Below are positions 19,101 to 27,359 of a stretch of 64,000 nt of DNA, piece after piece; the first letter of the stretch is position 1; the number at the start of each line of letters is the position of its first letter. A program made the position numbers and the translations under genes. Origin of the DNA: a virus (Duplodnaviria > Caudoviricetes). The notes under the pieces were generated by a model. That model did not search any database. It had not been told where the DNA came from and saw only the letters and a program-made list of their open reading frames with translations. The DNA is taken from positions 760 through 64,759 of the IMG/VR virus record IMGVR_UViG_3300042554_000772; one strand, written 5' to 3'.

Positions 19101-22100
19101 AAGGGGAGGTTCAAGGAGGATACATCTAAATTCGGTTACAATAGATACGAATACGATGACAAGGGTAAGACAAGGACAAAGGAGAACGAGGACGTATTTG
19201 ATTTCTACCCAGAATTTGCTAATATGAAAGTAACGCTGGGACCATCTAATGGTTCTACGTTTTTTAAACATACGAAATCACCTGGGTCAAAAGGGCTTGG
19301 TGAAATAACTATGTCAAAAGATTGGTACAACAAGAGTCCAGACCACTTTTTCTTTGTTCTTGTTCACGAAATACAGCACGCAGTACAGAGAGAAGAGGGA
19401 TTTGCTGTTGGTGGTAGTGCATCAACCGTTGACAATGAAATCGATGAAGTTATTAAGGCAAACGAAAGAATCCTTAAAAACAAGGACAAGATTGTACCAG
19501 CTCTAAAAGAGAACATAAAAGAGCAAAAAAAGCGGATAAAATGGTATATCGACCAAGGGTATAGCCAAGAAACAATGATTAAGGATGGCGTATTGACCAC
19601 TCTTGATGGCTTAGAGACTCAGGTTCGTATGATTGACGATGTTGAGAAGCAATTAAACCTTTTAAAACAGATAAAAGCGGCTACTAATTTATCCAGCGTA
19701 GAGAAGTATAGAATCCTTTCTGGAGAGGTAGAGGCGGATAATGCTGCTAGAAGAGCTGCTTTTCAACTTGCTAAGGGGTCTCTTGCTACACAGCCGCTCA
19801 TAGATACCGAAGAAATCCCTAGAGAGTATCAGCTCATAATCACCCCAGATATCGAGGATATGTCTCTACCGTCTTTCTTGACTAAAATGGGATATCCCTC
19901 TAAACCCAAGCGTCAAGATATCTTAAGAGTAGCTGCACTGAAAGACGTGGAGAGTACGGCTAAGGCGTTAGAGGAGAAGTATTCAGCACAACCGATTAAA
20001 AGAAATGATATAATTAACAATAATCCACAAGAAATATATGCTTTATCAATAGGTATAAATCCAAGTAATTTATCCTATTTAGGTAAGGGGGATTTCGGGA
20101 AGGCATATAGCACTGACATTGGAACTGTTATAAAAATAACTTCATCAGCCAATGAGGCAGAAATAGCTTTAAGTTTAATAGGAAAAAAGGGAAACCACGC
20201 AGAAATATATGATGTAAAAAAAGTTGAAAACGAGTTTATTATACATCAAGAAGAATTAGACACTTATTCAGAAATTGAAGACAATCTACAAACAGTAGAA
20301 AATATTCTAAGCGAACAAGAATTGCCAATTCAGTATTTAGACTATTTAGACTATGACGAACTAAGTCAAGAGTCCAAAGATGAATATGATAGTTTATCGA
20401 ATTTCATTTCTGATTTAGAAGACATAAATGGACTTTATAGGAATTTAGGTATTGAAGCATCTGATTTGCAAAGTGGTAATTTAGGTTACGACAAAAACGG
20501 GAAACTAAAAGCATTTGACTTACAAGATAAATCTTCAAAGATAAAATCAAAAGATGTTAATGCAGATGCCCTTAAAGATAAAAATCAAGTAATCTCCGAA
20601 GCCTACCACGAAGCCAAGAAAGACGGGTCTAATCCTGAATTAGTCAAAGCGGTTGAGGACTTGTTGGTTGGAGAACAACAGCAACCAAAGCGCCAAGGCA
20701 TCTCAAAAGCTCAAGGGCCACTAATACCGATAGTCTACAACAGCTTGCTGCAGCAATCCACTAGGAACGCAGATGGGACGAATACCCCACCGTACACGCT
20801 TCAGGAGTGGCTGACCATGATGACCCCTTACCTGAACGCACAGACAGCTACTGCAATCTACAACGGTGTTGCAAGGAACAAGCCACCGTTCACTGCACCA
20901 AGCATCCAAGACGCTTACGATAGCTCAAAGAAACGCATGGAGGCAGGGAAGAACAAGGCTTTCTTCACATGGAACAACCTCAAGAAATACTTCATTGACA
21001 GACAGGCAGAGCTCAAGAAGGCGATTCTCGCCTCTGGGATGAAGAACGCTTACAACTATCTGGTCAACAAGGCTGGGTCTGGGGCTAGAGCTGCCTACTT
21101 CTACTACGAGAAGGAGAAGGATATCTACAAAGACCTCAAGAAGGAACAGATTGAAAAGCTCGACCAGATTATCATGCTCAGGCGTATCATCGAGATTGAT
21201 AGCAACTTCGATGAGCGTGGCGAAGCCCGCCCAAAGCACACCAACGGATTCAATAAGGGGTACGCTGAGATGGAGCTTTCAAGGCTCCAGAGTGAGCTTG
21301 GGGACGCTGCTTACAACGACCTCAACAACCGTGCAACCAAGTACTTTGATGCTTTCCGTTCGCTGTTAGACTCTATGTACGAGGAGGGGCTTGTTAGCGA
21401 GGAGCTGTACGAGCAGCTGAGGGATATCGATTACCAACCACGATTGTTCCTAGACCACGTTTTCGAGATGGATGAGCCATCCATGCGTGAGATGAACCTA
21501 AGCGCTGCACAAATCAAGCGAATCAAGGAAGGTAGCGAGGGTGACATTATGTTTGACTCAAGGTTCCTCCTAGCTCTTTATGCTAAGAGCGCATTCTCCA
21601 AGATTGCACGCAACAAGGCTAACAAGGAGATTGCCAAGGCCACCGAGGCACAGGGCAACGAGTCATGGGTATCCAAGACTGATAAGCCAGGCTTCAGCGA
21701 GGTTACTTACTTTGAAGATGGTGTCAAGAAGTCTTTCTACTTAAAGGATAACTTGAAGTCAGAGCTTGACGACATCAGCCGTGTATCAGGGATGCCTCAG
21801 AACATACAGAAGCTAATCGGTATGGTTACGGGTTCATTTGCAGTCAAGCTGTTGGCCACGAGGGCAAACCCATTGTTTGTCGCTAAGAACGTACCAAGGG
21901 ACTATCTGCACGTTCTCTTCTTCACGAAAGCATACGATAATATGTCCCTACCGCTTGCAGCCATGAGGCTCGCTGGTGACTTCATCAAGGGTGTTAAGAG
22001 CAAGCTCCAAGACGACCAAGACTTCAAGGACTTCGTTGAGTTCGGTGGTGGTATGGACTTTCTGTCCACAGAAGGAATGGAGAGTATGATTACGAACAGA

Positions 22101-23624
22101 ACTGTAACTAACAAGATTATTGAGAAGCTTGGTAAGGCTGGGGAATTATCAGAGATTGGCTTCCGCTTGGCTATGTACAAGAAATTCAAGGAAGACGGCA
22201 TGAAGGCCCTAGGACCTAACGCAACGGAGGATGAGGTTACAAGGGTTAAGGTTCAAGCTGTTACACAGGCTAGAGAGATGATTGACTTCTCTCAGGGCGG
22301 TATTGCAACGAAGAACTTGGAGATTGTCTCCCCCTACATCAACTCAGCATTCCAAGGCTTCAGGGTATCAACTAGCTACATTCAGAATAACCCCAAAGAG
22401 TTCGCTAAGAAGCTTGGATACTTATCTATCGGTGTAATGATGCTTGCGCTTTACAATGCGATGCTTGGTGACGACGATATGGAGGATATCCCAGAGGAGA
22501 CCAAGCGTAAGTACTTTATCATCATGACTCCGTTTACTTTCGAAGAGGACGGGAAGACCAAGCGTCACTATGTCAAGATAGCGAAGACACAACAGCTTGC
22601 ACCATTCATTGCTGGTCTTGAGCTGACATCGGATTACTTTGTTGCAGGGGTTATGGGGCGTAAGCCAAGAGAATCCAAGGATGCTTATGAGTACGCTTGG
22701 AAGGGGGCTACAATGTACTTCCCTAAAGACCCAAGCAACATCAAGAAAGAAATCTCTTCATCGGTTCCGTTGTTTGCTGCTATAGCTGCCTATGACATGA
22801 ATTACGACACCTACAGAGAGCGTGCTGTGTCAATGGACTACAACCAAGTGCTCCCACAGGACGAAGACTTCACCAACAAGCAAGTCCCTTACTTTTACAA
22901 GGCTCTCGCTCAAGGTATCGGTGCATCTGGCGGTGAGGCTGGCCCTAAGCGCCTTCAAGTCGCTACTGAGAAGTTCGTAACCACCCCGTATTCATCCTTG
23001 CTAACCATGGGTGCGTACACGATACTTGATTCGTTCTCAAGGCTATTCGAGCTTAAGGGCCCAGGAGGTATCCCCGTAAAAGACCAAGCAGCTATCTCTA
23101 ACAGCGTCAGCAAATCGTTAGGACTCAGTGCTTCCAAGGTGTTCACGGGTGCTACTGAGCCAGACTGGAGGAGCTACACGAGGAAGGAAGAGATTGAGCG
23201 CATCAACATGGAGGAGAAGTCCGAAAGACGTGGTATCAAGATTGCAGCTCAGAATATCGGTCAGAAGTACTTTGAGGCTTCCAACGCAAAGGATAGCAAG
23301 GCTATGAGCGAAGCTAGGAAGGAGTACCAAGATGAGTTGATGCGAATCAAAAAGGAGAGCGGTGTACCAGACGCTAAGTATTTTATGGATGCCTTCCAGC
23401 AAGCCAGAAAGTACGGGAAAGCCACCAACCCAGAGTACAACGACATCAGCTACGCTGCAAGCAACGAAGCTAAAGCGAGAATCATCATGGAGTACGGGGG
23501 TAGGACGATGAGCAGAAAAGAGTTAGTAGAATACATCAACGACTATAAGCGGAAGACTGGTAAGCCAATCAATGGTTCCGAAATCCTCCGTGAGTATCAA
23601 AAAGAAACAGGCTATGGTAAGTAA
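13128..23624 (+). CDS. giant polyvalent cargo protein (zincin, glycosylase-like, RelA/SpoT-like, LPD23-zincin, protein kinase, LPD38-like)
   Basis: HEGIH at 15288; GWY..AITS..GPKLGAF..TMDRWW..QAILW; K.PERA..K..DGAR..GY..EIQI..GH.FYE; TGWERGADKKWR plus HEIQH and GEVEA; GKGDFG..K..DLQSGN..AFD; IDFSQGG..PYINSAFQG. Confidence 0.8.
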   Translation: MDTEVKKFVERSIKRGDSLAQIKSTLVSYGWEENVNEATGYYDEFKKKSPAGTGLRAAGVSPSRQTVTPSSSGFASQETKNIPLEDPLLTKKDGYAKSLMEQLNLAAKDKNNRNKYVPTINKLWNEYSSIDRGAPTPLSLFEDNGAISKNSLNLLNESSARNAERMKREAIAIAKDDNVLESGVRSLWAGLLGTANYLGDLVDPDSYDDVPDAKTDLEKEAEAQSARAQKASYGRKLLAGYTDKQIEDGFYKNFADGNVATALGLFGRDVVELLPQVAANAIPYVGLPALAASAGGQAWLKIKDDEKYNTLEKFLYAPLVGAAEYFTEKFFGMDRKMIQEGLSKAFGKTITSAADIPKKELGDMIFGTLPKAVRAPLEEGFEESLVSTFTQTLDKIMAEKPFDPVEIAESAMLGAGAGGSTYALVRGSSALLQTPLFSDVYKITNTAANIDNILKSKDISDEERVILTDRLNGYKTQMRKLQDGASEYYKQFSQEDKQKTLELNQTISRGIRSYSTMKTAEAKAETVNRIKQSLAEKAQIEQKYDSAQKQQVPSPVVQGAQPGGVPVQGTGTETPQAGGVLQVPSQQEEKVAEAAKQPNVGFRPTKASLTSQTLPQILSNLKSYVESIPEETLQKFETTRQSITNGFESVANVISSFAKESLNVEVEAINTEDEWNKATMDPTTGKPEKLSRGLYYQRGQEGAPSKIILFAPALLGNTVYHEGIHEIVPQAFGQEGINKVAKALASGIKRDPGLNAKFGNFLSQYEQGDKNEELLAELGAMVAAGDIDVEITKSLATRFMEAVASVLGAVGIKMAPNSSQLSEAFLSYSQKLGAGAKLDIQKTAETKEEGDKKGPKRQAVGLRTKEESLAEFGFPVGDKVTNIRQVGAALEKRQQKKYIKIAKNDTSDKAKDIISNYMVDEVIFELESLGESSAKGWYGEKFQKALDLLSESIPSLKDKGNRNLFTMLVAITSDGQKVINNFTYAISLYNSYLKDGVVSDKFNFGGDRNSGMKINVGNINRLIKQYGNDFVAINDFLLQTDSYGNIKKKYNIKKSDYKVTTTMPISAGVFGPKLGAFFANLSGQENYLTMDRWWSRTFNRYRGILLPTVKEQGKQKFLNAIGKPNISNNAFLKEVKKYADSYIKKKYKNGTAIEKAANTIYKAAFVELNDKPFNAGDRDMMIETTQVAQEKLKKAGYDLSMADIQAILWYFEKRLYAEIQSKKSAMDVDYSNAVTKLIEGKKDLSFLPNEVSKIVNVKESEDEYVDAISSPSSNIIQLDEAVDLAAVDKATETINNAQKRKTPKRQGFEGKQSATFVRELDIAITPATTERKFDKVTARIKSLSEKYDRLVKESEKGIDNSEEINNVASQILDAARKQLAARISKVKGASVKFDDDFRGLYNNVFEPSFNLKLRLTPQSNENEVSQILNEFAERYTQDAFIVETASEESEDFRKQLGENVMPLGDYDEKTNMSHFPQLYAEFTSPLSDKELNELSLSLREGGIDGFSLNKKELKITIFPFLTEEQEKLSEDEQRRIKKEYYDEQISSARKAMANVSRVGRDVKSEVRFRKSTYKGAKSTEGATRQYDRDNFLKAHKDGLTKYELLAKEFNKLRLEEIELSKKKEKLPNDKQKRYDEIKSVIQPIIQDTIALNEPFYKEAKREIERIASSVSRNLRGAFVSRFNIKRPERASIKVMRWYNSDIEDLGDGARVNIIVDNEQQADRLFNEIDKKNPSKNPDRERRVNETTDLGYPKRLIEMDTKNGFIGEIQIMTPEGYLAKDGVDYFDDNQQDFARKRLKEVQNRLGWAIPDGIGHYFYEINRDENINDELRERAKALSLSYYKAFTNPSFKLSESEFTKELAKFKEDVDKADKSTWDEGNSGKSPKTLDTYLEESGKKEPKESAPTKKAMLQIIGSNSQMKEWTSKMLLKANEMERRGVKPKTIFNVTGWERGADKKWRYPVPTFKLNYTKVAEFNEGPVGNTVSLYDLVENKGRFKEDTSKFGYNRYEYDDKGKTRTKENEDVFDFYPEFANMKVTLGPSNGSTFFKHTKSPGSKGLGEITMSKDWYNKSPDHFFFVLVHEIQHAVQREEGFAVGGSASTVDNEIDEVIKANERILKNKDKIVPALKENIKEQKKRIKWYIDQGYSQETMIKDGVLTTLDGLETQVRMIDDVEKQLNLLKQIKAATNLSSVEKYRILSGEVEADNAARRAAFQLAKGSLATQPLIDTEEIPREYQLIITPDIEDMSLPSFLTKMGYPSKPKRQDILRVAALKDVESTAKALEEKYSAQPIKRNDIINNNPQEIYALSIGINPSNLSYLGKGDFGKAYSTDIGTVIKITSSANEAEIALSLIGKKGNHAEIYDVKKVENEFIIHQEELDTYSEIEDNLQTVENILSEQELPIQYLDYLDYDELSQESKDEYDSLSNFISDLEDINGLYRNLGIEASDLQSGNLGYDKNGKLKAFDLQDKSSKIKSKDVNADALKDKNQVISEAYHEAKKDGSNPELVKAVEDLLVGEQQQPKRQGISKAQGPLIPIVYNSLLQQSTRNADGTNTPPYTLQEWLTMMTPYLNAQTATAIYNGVARNKPPFTAPSIQDAYDSSKKRMEAGKNKAFFTWNNLKKYFIDRQAELKKAILASGMKNAYNYLVNKAGSGARAAYFYYEKEKDIYKDLKKEQIEKLDQIIMLRRIIEIDSNFDERGEARPKHTNGFNKGYAEMELSRLQSELGDAAYNDLNNRATKYFDAFRSLLDSMYEEGLVSEELYEQLRDIDYQPRLFLDHVFEMDEPSMREMNLSAAQIKRIKEGSEGDIMFDSRFLLALYAKSAFSKIARNKANKEIAKATEAQGNESWVSKTDKPGFSEVTYFEDGVKKSFYLKDNLKSELDDISRVSGMPQNIQKLIGMVTGSFAVKLLATRANPLFVAKNVPRDYLHVLFFTKAYDNMSLPLAAMRLAGDFIKGVKSKLQDDQDFKDFVEFGGGMDFLSTEGMESMITNRTVTNKIIEKLGKAGELSEIGFRLAMYKKFKEDGMKALGPNATEDEVTRVKVQAVTQAREMIDFSQGGIATKNLEIVSPYINSAFQGFRVSTSYIQNNPKEFAKKLGYLSIGVMMLALYNAMLGDDDMEDIPEETKRKYFIIMTPFTFEEDGKTKRHYVKIAKTQQLAPFIAGLELTSDYFVAGVMGRKPRESKDAYEYAWKGATMYFPKDPSNIKKEISSSVPLFAAIAAYDMNYDTYRERAVSMDYNQVLPQDEDFTNKQVPYFYKALAQGIGASGGEAGPKRLQVATEKFVTTPYSSLLTMGAYTILDSFSRLFELKGPGGIPVKDQAAISNSVSKSLGLSASKVFTGATEPDWRSYTRKEEIERINMEEKSERRGIKIAAQNIGQKYFEASNAKDSKAMSEARKEYQDELMRIKKESGVPDAKYFMDAFQQARKYGKATNPEYNDISYAASNEAKARIIMEYGGRTMSRKELVEYINDYKRKTGKPINGSEILREYQKETGYGK
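13263..13366 (+). other. A10 slippery tract and -1 frame extension KSRWNWLKGRWGFSFEANGYSVFIGVCFSRN*
   Basis: TTT AAA AAA AAA AGT at codons 45-49; the -1 frame is open to TAA 13364-13366 with preferred C/G-ending codons. Confidence 0.5.
14758..14901 (+). CDS. nested 47-aa basic protein in the +1 frame of the giant gene
   Basis: MIVRKNNKYQVQSSKGRNLGEFPSKEQAQKRLKQVEYFKYLASKKKK; A-rich start context; resembles a small phage family of form MIRK..RNLG.F...A.KRL.QVEYFK. Confidence 0.75.
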   Translation: MIVRKNNKYQVQSSKGRNLGEFPSKEQAQKRLKQVEYFKYLASKKKK

Positions 23625-24048
23625 ATTTGCACTCAAGATATGTTTAACGGGTTTCTTCTGTTTATTGGCTTCATGTTCGCCAGAATGGCATCTAAAGCGT
23701 GCAATAAGAAAGAATCCTATGATAGTGAAGACCGACACCCTAAAGGTTAGGGATACGTTCTACACGCCAGCGGTATACGTTACAGATACATTCGTTACGA
23801 AACAATACGACACCATCGAAATCATCAAGGACAAATTACAAATCAAAATCGTAAAATCAAATGATACTATTAGAGTTACTGGGGCTTGCAAATCGGATAC
23901 AATCGTGCGGACTGTTTCGGTCCCCGTTGAAAGGGTTGTTTACAAAGAAGCCAAGAAGAGCAAGCCTTTCGAGTATTTCTCAAGTGCGGTTTGGGGATTC
24001 GCAGCAGTATTACTGCTAGTCATTATCTACCGCTCTGAGAGGCGATAA
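23614..24048 (+). CDS. putative unimolecular spanin
   Basis: Lipobox LLASC, beta-rich DT repeats, C-terminal TM (AVWGFAAVLLLVIIY) followed by basic residues. Confidence 0.65.
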   Translation: MVSKFALKICLTGFFCLLASCSPEWHLKRAIRKNPMIVKTDTLKVRDTFYTPAVYVTDTFVTKQYDTIEIIKDKLQIKIVKSNDTIRVTGACKSDTIVRTVSVPVERVVYKEAKKSKPFEYFSSAVWGFAAVLLLVIIYRSERR

Positions 24049-24769
24049 GGTGCTTGTATCTTTCAAAGATATTTGAAGAGTGAGCTCTGAACTCTGCCAA
24101 CTCTCTTTCTAGTCCTTCCCGTCCTATTCTGTGGTGGAATCCGAATCCTCTAAGCCTATCTCTTTCTGGGATTCTTTCTTGTATTTGTAGATTCCTTTTT
24201 ATCATTTCCTCGTTGTACGGGCTGTTCCTGTACCATAGGATTACTAGATTTGAGTTGGAAGGCTTTGAATAGTGTCTACCTAAGTTGTATGCGTACGAGT
24301 AACTGCTCATTCTCCTCATGCCTCTCTTAGAGAGAGCTACTGGGTCGTCTGCGTATATGCCATGCGTGAATTGCTCACACAATAATCTATTCGGGTCTGG
24401 GCTTATCCCTTCCATATCTTTTGGGCAAACCATTACTGCAGAAGGTATATACCGACAACTTAAATCTGAATCATTGCAATTCGCATCTATATCCCCAATT
24501 AGGAATTCCGTTACATTAAGCACTACCCTCCACCCAGTAACGTCCTTCTCTATGATTGCCACTTCGAAATCCAATTCTTCGGCACCGAAATCTTTATTCT
24601 TGCTATCTATAATCTCCCAGTCTGGGCATATCTCTTTTATGATTTCTACGCTCCTATCGGTCGAACTGTAGTTAATCATTATTCCTTTGTCAAACATTGG
24701 CTTGTGGTGATTAAGCCAAAAGGGAAGAAGGTACTCTTCGTTGTAGAAGTGACATATTACCGTTTTCAT
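24023..24769 (-). CDS. glycosyltransferase family 2-like
   Basis: ICHFYNEEYLLPFWLNHH, SSTDRSVEII motifs. Confidence 0.7.
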   Translation of the reverse strand: MKTVICHFYNEEYLLPFWLNHHKPMFDKGIMINYSSTDRSVEIIKEICPDWEIIDSKNKDFGAEELDFEVAIIEKDVTGWRVVLNVTEFLIGDIDANCNDSDLSCRYIPSAVMVCPKDMEGISPDPNRLLCEQFTHGIYADDPVALSKRGMRRMSSYSYAYNLGRHYSKPSNSNLVILWYRNSPYNEEMIKRNLQIQERIPERDRLRGFGFHHRIGREGLERELAEFRAHSSNIFERYKHLIASQSGR

Positions 24770-25950
24770 ACCGTTTCTATTTGTAATGATGGAAAGTATT
24801 TAACCCAGATGTCTCCTTTGCCTTGTCTATGGCTAACCCTGCTTTTTATCTCATCGTAAAAGTTCCATGCCAGTGGCAATATCACGATAGGCTTATCTAT
24901 GCCAGTTAAAGCACAAGGGCTATCTATCCTTACGTTTGTGCCTGGAGTATATAACCCAACCTTCATGTCATTATCGTCAACGATGATGTCAGGAACAATG
25001 CCAGCATAATTAAGCAGTGTCATCCCCTTTGCTGCAGCTCCGTATGCTGCGATTTTAAAGCCCTCATTCCTCTTTGTGTCTATGAATGATTTAAGCTCTG
25101 ATACGACAACGCTTACGTTTTCAGCGTAATCAATATATGTCTTCATAGAGGTTAGCCCTTGGCTTATCTCTTCCTCAAGTAAGGCCGTATATTTTTTGGG
25201 AGCGTCTTTCCTTTTTGAAAAGGTGAACACATAGCTGATACCATGTACTGGTACCTTCTCTACGTCCACTAGTGTTAAGCCTGACCTATTCGCTAGGGCA
25301 AGCATTGAGTTCACGTTGAAGAAGGATAGGTGTTCATGGTAAATTGTATCAAACTGATTGCTCTTGACCATCTCAGCTTGAGATGTTTGGATGAATAACA
25401 GTGAATCATCATGCATCCTATATGAAGCATTATTCAAAAACTCAAGAGCCTTTTCAGTGTGGGCAAATACATTCTGAGCCACGATAATGTCAAACTGTTT
25501 CCAGTATGCAGTATGGTCAAAATACCCACACATGACATTGTGGTTCTTGCTGCTTATTGGATATAGATTCTCTGCAGGGTCAACGCCATACGTTTCCCAT
25601 CCAAGCTCTTTAAATGCATCTAGCTGAGTCCCATCATTGCAAGCGATATCAAGAACGCTTTTTGTGTATGGGGTTACTTTACCAGAGGTCCACTTTGCAA
25701 ACCATTTAAAGTACTCTTTCAGAGTTGTTGTAGTCCCACTTATGTACAAGTAGTTCTTGAACAGCTCGTCAGGATTGACGATATGCGTTAACTGAAGATG
25801 GTAGCAGTTCTTGCACAGATTCAACCCTAATGGGTACTCTGGAAGCTCTTCTCCCTTGTGGTAGCTATTAGCTAGGGGCTGTTTATTGAGGTCTAAGATT
25901 TGAACTAAATCGTTTTTACCACAAGCAATGCAATCTGTTTTATGGTTCAT
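24766..25950 (-). CDS. NDP-hexose C-methyltransferase
   Basis: Zn site CIAC...CKNC, VLDIACNDGTQL, NVFAH, FDTIYHEHLSFF, AYGAAAKGMTLLNY, PLAWNF. Confidence 0.85.
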   Translation of the reverse strand: MNHKTDCIACGKNDLVQILDLNKQPLANSYHKGEELPEYPLGLNLCKNCYHLQLTHIVNPDELFKNYLYISGTTTTLKEYFKWFAKWTSGKVTPYTKSVLDIACNDGTQLDAFKELGWETYGVDPAENLYPISSKNHNVMCGYFDHTAYWKQFDIIVAQNVFAHTEKALEFLNNASYRMHDDSLLFIQTSQAEMVKSNQFDTIYHEHLSFFNVNSMLALANRSGLTLVDVEKVPVHGISYVFTFSKRKDAPKKYTALLEEEISQGLTSMKTYIDYAENVSVVVSELKSFIDTKRNEGFKIAAYGAAAKGMTLLNYAGIVPDIIVDDNDMKVGLYTPGTNVRIDSPCALTGIDKPIVILPLAWNFYDEIKSRVSHRQGKGDIWVKYFPSLQIETV

Positions 25951-26839
25951 AAATTACCTTTTTATGTCTATTAACTTTTACCATGTTATCCCAATTATCC
26001 AAAAGCGAATTGGTTATAGTTGATACGTCTTCCTTAAACTCAAACGAGAACTCATTGATGAACTTTTCAGATGATATAGCGAAATCATAAGTAACAGTTT
26101 GTTCTTTGGCATTAGTCACTAATGATGGTGTCTCCAATTCGATGATGGGAACATTGCATATTTCTGCTACAGCATTAGCGATTTCTTCTGCTGTAGAGTT
26201 AAAGCTCGCTAGGTTGTATATGCCACGCTTATCTCTCTTTTCACTGATAATTGCTGATACGGCATTAACAAGGTCATTGATGCCTAATATAGGCCTGTTT
26301 ATATCTTTAACGTATAACTTTATATGACCATTCTCTTTAGCCGAAGAGACCATAGAGTTTATCATGACATCCGTTCTCAGCGTGGGTGAATAGCCACAAA
26401 CTGTCCCAAAGCGAAGACCATAGTATTCTACCTTAGAATCAATAGCCATCATGTCAATGAAATGCTTGGTGATGTCGTAGGTATTGTGAGGTACAAAGTC
26501 AGTATAGCTTTCTGTTAATGTGCCACCGCCAACGCATCCATATACACTAGAACTAGATGCATAGATTAGCTTTACACGATTCTCAGCCCTACTCAGCTTA
26601 TCCAGAAGGATGGCGAAATTATCTACATTGTTCTTAAATGCTGATAGCTGATTGTTTGCACACGAAGCCACTGAAGAGTTACCAGCAAGCAATATGATTG
26701 CGTCATATCTCTCAAAGAACTCTATGGGTAGATTCCTATAATCAATACCAATAGATAAGTCAACGGAATGGCATTTGATTTTTTCGGCAATGGCAGAGCC
26801 AATGTACCCATGCGAACCTATTAGCAATACATTATTCAT
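25940..26839 (-). CDS. NAD-dependent sugar epimerase/dehydratase
   Basis: GSHGYIGS, YASSSSVYG, YDITK (YxxxK), LRFGTVCG. Confidence 0.85.
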   Translation of the reverse strand: MNNVLLIGSHGYIGSAIAEKIKCHSVDLSIGIDYRNLPIEFFERYDAIILLAGNSSVASCANNQLSAFKNNVDNFAILLDKLSRAENRVKLIYASSSSVYGCVGGGTLTESYTDFVPHNTYDITKHFIDMMAIDSKVEYYGLRFGTVCGYSPTLRTDVMINSMVSSAKENGHIKLYVKDINRPILGINDLVNAVSAIISEKRDKRGIYNLASFNSTAEEIANAVAEICNVPIIELETPSLVTNAKEQTVTYDFAISSEKFINEFSFEFKEDVSTITNSLLDNWDNMVKVNRHKKVIYEP

Positions 26840-27350
26840 CGTTGAGTGGTTTAATGATGTACCAACTGTCTTGCTGTGGGTTTTCCGAAGCCGTGAACTC
26901 CTTGCCAATGATAGCAGTGAATTCTTCTAACGCTTTCCTGACCCCTTCAAGGCTTCTGTCATGACCACACAAGATGCCACCATTTTTAACCTTTGGCCAA
27001 TACTTGTTCATATCATGCAAAGCCCATTCGTAAGAGTGGTCTCCATCTACGTATACGAAATCGTACTTTCCGTCCTCCATATCCTCTAACGCAGAATCGC
27101 TGTACTTTTTAAGCAACGTGAATCTATTGGACTCTATGTGTTCTTTTAGATTCTCATTCGCCAACCTTTCTCTCTCAGACATATATTCAGCGGAAACATA
27201 TCCCCACCAATCTTTATATCCTTCGAATGGGTCAATGCCTATAAGCTTTAAGTTTCCAAGCTCATCTAGCATTCTTTTTGAATTCAATCCTTCTGCTACT
27301 CCTATCTCAACACCAAGCAATTCTTTGTCTTTGTCTAAATGTTCGTACAT
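26832..27350 (-). CDS. class I SAM-dependent methyltransferase
   Basis: GVEIGVAEG, DFVYVDGDHSYE, GGILCGHD. Confidence 0.85.
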   Translation of the reverse strand: MYEHLDKDKELLGVEIGVAEGLNSKRMLDELGNLKLIGIDPFEGYKDWWGYVSAEYMSERERLANENLKEHIESNRFTLLKKYSDSALEDMEDGKYDFVYVDGDHSYEWALHDMNKYWPKVKNGGILCGHDRSLEGVRKALEEFTAIIGKEFTASENPQQDSWYIIKPLNDE

Positions 27351-27359
27351 ACTATTGGT

